20,000 nucleotides of DNA from Paramecium tetraurelia (lineage: Eukaryota): contig CT867995.1 of assembly GCA_000165425.1 (NCBI GenBank), positions 123,587 through 143,586 of the forward strand, given 5' to 3'. Position numbers and translations under genes: made by a program. Below the pieces are notes generated by a model. It did no database searches. It was not told the origin of the DNA and was given only the letters and a program-made list of their open reading frames with translations. How positions within the stretch are numbered: the stretch's first letter is position 1; each line of letters starts with the position of its first letter. Positions 10,416-20,000 of the stretch are shown here, piece after piece.

Positions 10416-11727
10416 TCACATGATCGAACAATCCTTTTACTACTTAATCGAAATCGACAATGACTACACTTAGAAATGGATTAAATTACTTTAAAACCTC
10501 CCTTCAAAATAGAAACATGCTTAACGCCATCAAGGACCAGCTAATTTGCCACTTTCACTGCATCATCTAGAGTTTGATTAGAATCTGTAATTAAACAAGT
10601 ATGGAAATTCCCATCAGGTTTCTTTGTTATAAATTATTTGGGCAGGAATTCACTTAACTTAGGTTTCTTTACCTTTCTGATATCAAGTAATTATAGCTAT
10701 AAATTTTTTGTAGGTTGCTTTTTTGATTTCCCAAACAAAGATTTCATTTCAGAAACTTCTATGAATAAACATTAGGAATAATAAGATTAACTTAGATTGG
10801 TTAATTCTGTAATGTCTTCAACGCTTAAAACTAAGATATCAATAAGGATATCTACCGCTTTTATCATTGAAGGATGTAGAAGCAATTAGTTACTCATAAG
10901 ATTCTGGGGTTTGAGAGTACAGTTCATCAGCCCTATCAAATAAACTCTAAACGTCGGACTCGTATTGTATTTGCTTCAACTTTTTGTTCAGATATGTAAA
11001 TAGCTCTTCAGAATCCTCAATCGATAATATTTCCTCTATTATTATCTACTTTCTATACTTATTTTTAGATCATGAATAGAGCTGCAACCATGAAAAAGAT
11101 GTAATTGGGATTGTGTCTCTTCATGTACTCGTCAAAAATCAGGAAAACAAGTTGGATCGATGTACCTTTGGCAAACAGTGTCATTATTAATGGTGTAACT
11201 ACCATCGATAGGTTGAAGTCGTCTAGCTTGAGAATTCGATTATAGAAGTCAGCGCAATGATATTTAAGCAATATTTCACAGAATTGAATGGCAGATAGAA
11301 CATGAGCGAGTTGCTTTTGTCCTTTGAGAATCTAAGATAGGTGTGAGATTTATACATTCCATTCAAGAACTTTGGGGAAATACTTGTTCATGAAAGAATT
11401 AAAATAGGCATAGCATTTTTATATAGGAAAGTCTCTATTTTTCATGACTAAGAATGGTGCCACAACTTCAAGCATTCCTTATTAATAGTTGACACTGTTT
11501 TGTTGGCAATAAAATGTGGCTAGTAGCATAAGATATCGTTGGGTGGACTCCTTTTTGAAGTAAGGGTCATCGTTTCTCGTTCTTGTAAGATCCTTAATCA
11601 AGGTTTCCTTCTCTGGGATTTCAAGGTCTTATTAATTCCAGTCTCTGAATTTGTAAGCATCAGTGAGGAGGTTTTCATTCATAAAGAACTCTCTCCAGTT
11701 GAGAACGGCTTTATTTTATGTAATCAT
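10416..11727 (-). CDS. TBC (Rab-GAP) domain + rhodanese-like domain protein (TBC1D23/TBCK-like C-terminal architecture) ending in CaaX (CSIM), ~400-410 aa
   Basis: IKDLTRT (Arg finger), YQQGMLEVVAPF (Gln finger), LIMTLFA...LIFD, TPESY, LLDIR and KHVSILKGGF. Introns of 25, 25 and 26 nt (plus a possible 24-nt one) restore the frame to ...KDCSIM-TGA. Confidence 0.85.
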
Positions 11728-11735
11728 TAATAATT

Positions 11736-12771
11736 TCAATCATATTATTTAACATTTGGTAAATCCCATGGGCCACGAATAGTACTAGAGGTTTGATAAT
11801 ATATTGATACTTCTTGTATTAATATAACCATATGATTTGCAGAGGGGAAACAAAAGTAATGAAGAAGACACTAGTAAGAAATATTAAAATAAAATTACCA
11901 TCCAAAAAATAGAAGAGCTAAGAAATATGAAAAAAATAGTAATGACAATCCCAATCCAATGGTGGAAATCAAGTTGATGACTCTGAATACAGAGTTGTAT
12001 TTTTATTTAATGCTTCTCTGGAGTATGGGTACAAAGATGAACAAGAGGTTGGATGCAAATATCATCAAAAATACTTAGAGTTCATTGTGCAATCTCGAGG
12101 CCAACAAACTGGAAAACACCAATGATGCCCATTATGAGACATCCAACTCTGTGAAATCCTTTTCGTAATCATAATCCTTTAAGAATATGTAGATTAGGAT
12201 TGCCACACTTGTAAGCACATAGATAGTATTATCGGCATAGGTCTGATTGACTGTTTACATCACAGGTGCAAACAGTAACAAAATAGATATATAGATTCCA
12301 ATGCTCTTAAAATTGCTTAATATTTCCAAGGTCTTCATTTTCTTGACTACAGAAAACATGATCAAACAAGTGATTGCAGTGACTAGCCAAAAGTATAGTT
12401 ATAACTAATCATTGACCATATCATGTAGCATTAAGAAATAACTTAAAAGATAGAATACAACACAATTGACTGCAAAAATTAAATCTGAGGTCTTGCTGAT
12501 GAGTTGTTTGTAATCAGGTCCATTGTTAGTGTTGTCTTGTTTTTATACGCTTTAAAGAAATGTTTCATCAATATAATTGTCATCATAAGGTTGTTTTTCA
12601 TACAATATTTTTTCCCATTTCTTCTGTTCTTATTCTTCCTGGATGTAAGACTTAGGTTAAATAATAGCACATTACAGTCAGCTAATACTTGGGTCGTCTG
12701 CATATGAAACATTGAACATCATTTTCTGAGAAGCGATATCCATCCCATGGACAGTATTTGAAATAATCCAT
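11736..12771 (-). CDS. PIGC: Phosphatidylinositol N-acetylglucosaminyltransferase subunit C (PIG-C/GPI2) with N-terminal Cys-containing extension, ~318 aa, 3 introns
   Basis: Hallmark motifs KWEKILYEKQPYDDNYIDETFL, APVMQTVNQTYADNTI, LASRL and YKNTIRGPWD. Introns of 25, 28 and 26 nt give 319 codons. Confidence 0.9.
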
Positions 12772-12788
12772 AAAAATTAAAATAATAC

Positions 12789-14073
12789 TCATTTTCGTGG
12801 TGGTACTCTTTTTACTTATTGATTTGGTTTTGCAGAATTTCATTGTTATGTGGATATGAGTTTACTTTATTATTCACCTTTTGGTTTGTCTACATAATGC
12901 AAATAGTAAATTACCAGATTAAGATTCATCATCTTAGATTGTATTGAGATCCAAAGATTAGATAATTATTCAAAAATCAGAATCATCAGAATCATCATCT
13001 CCATCTTTTACTTTAAGATTTCAATATATCTAAACCCATTAGAATGAATTTCCAAAACATCTGTTGTCTTACCAGATCAAAAAACAGGTCTCACTTTTAC
13101 ATCCTTAACATTGGTTTTCTTCGAGATTTACTGACCAACTATGTCTCTAATTCACCAAAATTTTGTTTCTCTCTCTCCACTTATTATTCTATCTTCCATT
13201 TTTTCCATAATTATTTTACCTGTAATTATATATTCCAAAGACAATCACTCTTCTTTGATCTCTACTCTAATTCAATACTAAAGACAATAAAAAGAAAAGT
13301 AATTGATTCTTATAGATGAACCCAACTACTGGCAGATAATTACCACCAACTCTAAATTATTGGTGTATAGGCAAAATCAAATAAGCCATCTTATAAACCA
13401 ATTTCTTTAATCACTTTTTATTATCATTATTCAATGATTGCTCAAATTCCTTACTAATTCTTAAAGAGTAATGCATGTTCCACAACGTCTATTGAAATCT
13501 TCTATCTATTTTACGAACTTCTTGAAGAGATGAGCGGTTAATTGCGATGATTGGTCGATAAAAGTTTACTCATATATATCCTTTGCTGCAATTATATCGC
13601 TAATCAAATAGCTTGCATCTACAATTTGAGACCATCCTTTATTGTCGTACCATTCTGTGGCTATATCTCCTGTTTGTGGCTCTGTAGTAGGCATTCAAAA
13701 TATGAGAATCCTCAAATTCTGAAGAATTTTGTCAAACCGATTATCAGCGACTTTCTTCTTGAAGTGTGCTTAATATCTCCCATTTAATCTTTGTTTAGTT
13801 TCTTGCATGATCTACACTGTTGAAGAGTTAAAACAACATATATTATACACTTCTTCTCGTTTGGCAAATAGAATTTGTTTTTTGTTGCTATGAATATTGT
13901 CTAAGTCATATCCTATCCAAATTACAAACAAATAAGGTTTTAGTTTTAGGTTTAATTGAATCATCTTCTTTCACTGAAAGGATACAGAGTGCTGGAATGT
14001 TCTATCTCCTAATTTATTAAAATATATTACATTGAGATGATTCGTCAATTAATCTAATGTTTTAGGAATACAT
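12789..14073 (-). pseudogene. SPT16: Decayed SPT16 (FACT large subunit) pseudogene with frameshifts, in-frame TGA codons and large internal deletions
   Basis: Collinear Spt16-like fragments in different frames: LCILSVKEDD..PKTKTLF / WIGYDL / TIFIATK; IVDASYLISDIIAAKD..EQTFIDQSSQLT; DFAYTPIIQS|GGNY (1-nt insertion); KPML|KDVKVRPVF*SGKTTDVLEIHSNGFRY (frameshift, TGA at 13077-13079); an acidic tail with a stop; and a basic end VKRVPPRK-TGA. The 5' boundary is approximate. Confidence 0.85.
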
Positions 14074-14428
14074 CTGCTATTATCTTTATATTAAATTAAT
14101 ATATGTTAATTATTTTCTATTGATGTTTTTGATTTGCCTTAACTTAACTTTACATTAATAATAATCAAATTATCTAAAACTTCCTTGATCCAATTTATTG
14201 CTATACTATAAAAATGTTAATCGAAACCAAAAATATTTATATATGTAAAACAACCGAGCGAAAATTTAATCTAACATTCTATATAATAAATGTATACCCC
14301 CTAAGAAAGTTCATTCCATATAATATTTAATTCTGTTAGTATTCACAATCTGTATCAGTATCAATCAGATCCTGAGGTGTAATTTAATTTATAATAAATC
14401 TAAATTTCTTATTATAACAATAATTAAT

Positions 14429-15385
<957 letters not shown>

Positions 15386-15743
15386 TTATTATTATTAATA
15401 TTAAATAAATCAACTATTCAAACACCAGTATGAATCATATTTACAAATATGATGATGAATTTTAACTCAATTATAATTAACATAATTAGTGAATTCATCG
15501 AAATAAATCTAATCTATACTAGAAATTCTAAATCACTTTATTTTTACTATAAAACCTTTGTCCAAGAAATGTATCTTAAGATTTACAAATTACATTTCAA
15601 AATATCAAGCATTTAGGCAAATGATAATAATACTAATGAGAGGATATTATTATATCTAGTGCATCATAATAAGCCAAAAAAGATATCAAATAAACTTTAG
15701 TTATTGATATTTACAAAATTTAATAAATTTATTTTGATATAAA

Positions 15744-16727
15744 ATGAAAATATTGTAAAAATAATTAATTAATCAATCTAATTATTATGACTAAATTCTA
15801 TTATAATGTTTAGAATAAATAAAATGTCCTAAATGTTATTTTAATGGAACAATAATAAATCCAAAAAACAATAGTTTGAAATTACCAAATCAAATAGGTT
15901 ATTTTATAAGTTATAACAAAAATTAATTCTATTGATTAGACATATCTGAATGAATTACTAATTATATAATTTATAAAGGTTGTTATAGAATTGATCAAAA
16001 TAGACAGATCATTTATTAATGGATAATAAATTGAATGAAATAAAGTGATTAATTTTGATTACATAAATGAAAATAAAATAAAAACTCAGAACCCTCATTT
16101 TTTAGATAGATAAGTGAATAGAGCTTTGATATTCTAAAGTAATAAGAAGATAAAGAAATTAGCACTAGTGAGTAATAAGATATTATTTTGACAGGTTTTT
16201 CGTTTATATGAAAACAGTCTTAAGATATATAAAGCATTAAAGTAACAGCAAAAAAGAGATTTAATGAGAGATCATAGGCCTTAATAATTTAATAATGAAA
16301 TGACTAAGGTATATAGTTTTAAATGTCTTACTAAGGATAGAACCATTCTCTTTTCAAAATAATAATATAGCAAGTATGAGGTTTAGATTAAATTGTGAAT
16401 AATATGTTGGAGAGTAAAATTAGCTTTTATCTCTTCCTATAATGACCTGAGTCTATTTGAAATTATAAATTATAATTTGAATACAAAATTTAGAAAAATA
16501 TCAATAGAGTTTAACTGTAGGTTGTGATGAGTTATATATCCTTGTCACATAAATGAAATTGTAAGTATTGGATTTAATATTATTACAAAAAGGTCATGGT
16601 CTTGCTGAAACTAAGATTTGAAAGGAAGTAGAATGAGTAAGAATTAAAGCAAAAGAAATTGCTTAGAAAGTAAATAGTGAATAGATGTAGTAACTAATTG
16701 GAAGATGAGTTATTTTTAAATTATTGA
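15744..16727 (+). pseudogene. Probable decayed gene relic of unknown family
   Basis: ATG at 15744 opens MKILQKQLINQ...IKCPKCYFNG. Downstream are coding-like K/E/Q-rich stretches and an intron-like GTATATAG...ACTAAG, but repeated TGA codons are not removable by plausible short introns. Confidence 0.35.
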
Positions 16728-16739
16728 AATAATTATATA

Positions 16740-18629
16740 ATGAACGATTCGAAAGGACCTAAAATAATGAGTTCTCACTCATTCAACAGTATTAAGAATG
16801 AGGAGCCTAAGAAGGCAGAAGTGATCGATGAACAATCCTTATAGACAACTTAAAAGAGGGGATAGCCAAAAATCAATATTAGTCGTTTGCCTCCAGCATT
16901 TGCAAATAAAAAGTATTTACTATGGTGTAATTTAGACCACAGAAGAAATAAATAGAACCACTGGCGTAGAAGAAAGAGTAGAAACAACAAGTACAACAGA
17001 ATCTGCAGAACATAGAAGCAATACAAGAGTACAAGTAGGTGAGCCAAATGTTAAGTCCCTTGAAGGCATTAATTATAAATCAAACCCTAGCGCGAACACA
17101 ACTAGCAATCCAAGAATCCATTAGCACCTTTTCGTTAGTTCATGAAAGACCAAAAGAAAATTCATGAGGAATTAGGCCTAAGCATCAGTACACTCGTCCA
17201 AGGTTAGATGCGCATAGAAGACATGATAACAACTGGCACATTGCGATGTTAATATAACTTAAATCTTATTAGCCTATGGCGATCAGAGTCCTGTCAAGAA
17301 AATGTTACATGCTCCAACAATGAAACTCTATGTTGTAAAAGAAGTAATTCTTCACTTTGACATTTAGGAACCATTGCACAACAAGGAAATTCGTAAAAAC
17401 TTAAAAGACTGGATCTCCTTTTGGTAGAACAAATTCGCCAATTCAAATTTACATGTCCAAGTATATGCTACCTTTTGGAATACACCCGAAGGTTACGTGT
17501 CTATCGTCATGGAATACATGAATGGTGGTTCATTATAAGTGAATATTAATTCTCATTTTTAGAATCTCCTTGAGAGTATGGGTTTCCTCCCAGAGAGAAG
17601 TATCAAATAGCTAGTACCACCTATCCTCTAAGGATTACAAAAAATTCATCAACAAGGAGCCCAATGTCATGGTGCTCTTGGCCCATCACAAATACTCTTC
17701 CTTAGAGATGGCACTGTTAAATTGGGTCAAGGTTTGTAATACAGAGTTTAAGTCCAAGGAAATTAATTGTTTAATTCCTACATTCTTGGTAAACCGAAAG
17801 ATGTTCAAAGGTATTTTATTCAACCAATTAGTCTGTATGATCCAACGATTCTAGAAACCCCATCTTTATGGAGCAAGGCCTCAAGTGAAAAGGTTCATTT
17901 CCCTGCTCAAGAAGATTTCATTTTGGAGAGAGCCAATGACATTTGGAAACTAGGTTGGCTGGTTTTAAACTGCGCTATTGGAACTCTTGAGTTCCATCCA
18001 AAAGCCTAGTAGATCTATGAGGGCTCAAGAATCATCATTGAGGAAATTGCAAAATACACCGATCATCTCAAAGATACATGTTGTCTCCTCCATAGTGAAG
18101 CCAAAGTCATTTCATTAGTTGAATAGAATCAAAAGACAGTATCTGAACCTACCAAAATAACTATGCTAGAATTACTCCCATCTGATAAATTTAGTCCTGA
18201 ATTTATTCAATTTTTATGTTCAACACTTAAAATAGATCCAAGATAAAGGGTATACACTGAATAATTGTTGCAACATCCATGGCTAGTAAGTGGTCGAGAT
18301 CCTAAAGGTAGGCATCTCATTTTATTCTAATAGGACCCAATGTACAACTAAAGGAACTGCTTAATATATCAAATGCTTGGAATGCATTTCTGCCAGAAGA
18401 ATTTTAGGGATAAGGAGCTCAAAAATTAGAAAGACTTTGTGATGCTCTATATTTGGTGTTGTAAAATTCAGAAAGACCAACAGTCAATAAGTATCTCATC
18501 AATTTTACATTATCTAGGATGTAACTACAGGAAAACAGTCCAATTATAAAAGAACTATCTTATGATATGGGTTTAAATGCCAAAGCCGTAAGTGATCGAA
18601 TTATGTCAATTTTCCAATCCTTAATCTGA
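16740..18629 (+). CDS. MAP2K (STE7/MEK)-like kinase-fold protein with degenerate catalytic motifs (pseudokinase), ~570 aa, 7-8 introns
   Basis: LHAPTMKLYVVKE; VSIVMEYMNGGSLQNLL; HGALGPSQIL in place of HRDIKPSNIL; VKLGQG in place of VKLxDFG; NDIWKLG; FSPEFIQFLCSTLKIDPRQR...LLQHPWL. Introns of 23, 25, 25, 24, 24, 26 and 27 nt give 572 codons. Confidence 0.85.
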
Positions 18630-19337
18630 TCTGGCATTGCACTATTATCTATATATTTCTAATTATTTAGCCTATTTATAATAATAATATTTAAACAAGG
18701 GTTATGATAAAATATCTTTTATGCCAATTTTTTACTACAATTTATGAATGAATTCAATTAAGGTTATTAATTCAAAAATAGTAATTAATTTGTGTATCAT
18801 AATAATTAGTTATTCATAATTATTTTTAAGACTCTATTTAGTCCCATCCTTTTATATAAAGATGGTAGATAGATTGAGCACTGTACCATAATAAATATTA
18901 AGAATATATATACTATTTTAAACTTTATTCATGAAAAATAATAAATCAAGTGAGTGAAATTCTTATCAATATAAGGGTTGGATTAATTAATTTTAATAAT
19001 TATATTTACTCTTGATTTCTTCCACTCATAGTTATTTTCTTTCTCTTTTTCCTGTAAATTTCTCAATCTCTCTTACAGTCAGAATTTTGATTAAATAATT
19101 TCTCATTTATATTAAACATAGTTAATTTTGAGACCTTTCTACTTAAATAAAACTTAATCTTAATTTTAATTTCGATCATTCAAAATTATAATCAGATATT
19201 TATTAAAAATTTATAAACATTAAGAAATTAAAAGTCTAAATTTCACATCTAAAGACATTTTATATCTTATTACATTTCTTATATAGATGATTATAAATGT
19301 GTCCAATAATAATTAAATCTTGATATCATAAATTTAA

Positions 19338-19808
19338 ATGGCATCTAAGTTGTCAGTTAAGTGTAATATTGATCATAACAACTCATTTCACAATCAGAAA
19401 AAACCAATCCAATTTGAAAATCCAATTAGAAGAAAGTCTTGCTATTGTAAATTATGTGGAAATCTAAGCTTATTTCAATAGCAAAATTCAAATTTACCTA
19501 CATAAAAGGAAATATAATTTAGTAAATAGAAGAGAATCAAAAGAAGGTTAAGTTTTGGGGATGAAATTCAAACTGATTTTCCTAACAAATTGAGTTAAAA
19601 TGAAAGTGAAAATGGAAGACGAATTAGGTAAAACAATAAGTCAATTTCATTACCCATTAAATGGCAGCAAGGATTCTCAAAAAATAATTGCATCTGTCAA
19701 GAAAGTAGTATCAAAACAAAGAGAAAGAGCTGTGAATGTAGTGAATGTGGGAAACTAAATCCTTTTAAAATAAAGAGTCAAGAAATATTGTTTAAAAGAC
19801 AATAATGA
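19338..19808 (+). CDS. Hypothetical protein with two (R/K)RKSCxCxxCG motifs; possibly frameshifted and continuing past the window end
   Basis: Code-6 ORF of 156 aa, with an alternative in-frame ATG at 19287. Contains RRKSCYCKLCG and KRKSCECSECG. Another frame is open from before the TGA to position 20000. Confidence 0.6.
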
Positions 19809-20000
19809 TTTCACCTAAGAGTTAAAGATCCTTTTAGGTGAAATAAATCAATGAAATGAGAAGAACTAAAGATGTCAGTACTCTAGTAAGTAATCGTATA
19901 TCCACAAGAGATTTAGACTAACACCCGAAAAGTAATTACAGCAAGGTTTCCAATATTAATTCATGTCGATAATTAGATTCTTAGAAAATTCTACAAGGGA

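Noticed and set aside
11034..11067. Retained IES (TA-bounded germline insertion) explaining the frame break in the TBC gene
   Set aside because: No pair of TA dinucleotides here is separated by a frame-restoring length of IES size. Introns explain the intact genes, consistent with macronuclear DNA.
13020..13110. Selenocysteine or stop-codon readthrough at the in-frame TGA in the SPT16-like region
   Set aside because: It co-occurs with several frameshifts and large deletions, so pseudogenisation is the simpler explanation.
18630..19280. Additional gene in the AT-rich interval (purine-rich minus-strand patch near 19020-19100)
   Set aside because: Only short frames interrupted by TGA, no recognisable motif, and no consistent exon model.
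19785..19808. Programmed -1 ribosomal frameshift at TTTAAAA
   Set aside because: The run is not phased as X XXY YYZ in the upstream reading frame and I see no downstream stimulatory structure. A 1-nt deletion or a true stop is more likely.

Overview
AT-rich, very gene-dense ciliate DNA, most consistent with a Paramecium macronuclear chromosome. Genes read through only with genetic code 6 (TAA/TAG = Gln, TGA the sole stop) and 22-28 nt introns, so the supplied standard-code ORF track is largely fragmentary or spurious. Manual translation gives about 12 gene models: a VHS + alpha-adaptin-ear adaptor-like protein, a TMBIM/Bax-inhibitor-1 family protein, a zf-UBP ubiquitin-specific protease, a B-box/coiled-coil/SPRY protein, a cytosolic carboxypeptidase (CCP/AGBL), a TBC + rhodanese-like protein ending in a CaaX box, PIG-C with an N-terminal zinc-ribbon-like extension, a PB1-ZZ p62/NBR1-like protein with a His/Gly tract, a MAP2K-like pseudokinase, and three hypothetical genes. 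There is also a heavily decayed SPT16 (FACT) pseudogene, a second probable gene relic and an uncertain partial gene at the left edge. The most notable items are the GGA-like adaptor architecture with an alpha-type ear, the SPT16 relic, the PIG-C fusion and several non-standard splice sites. All domain calls come from motif recognition by eye; no database search was run.
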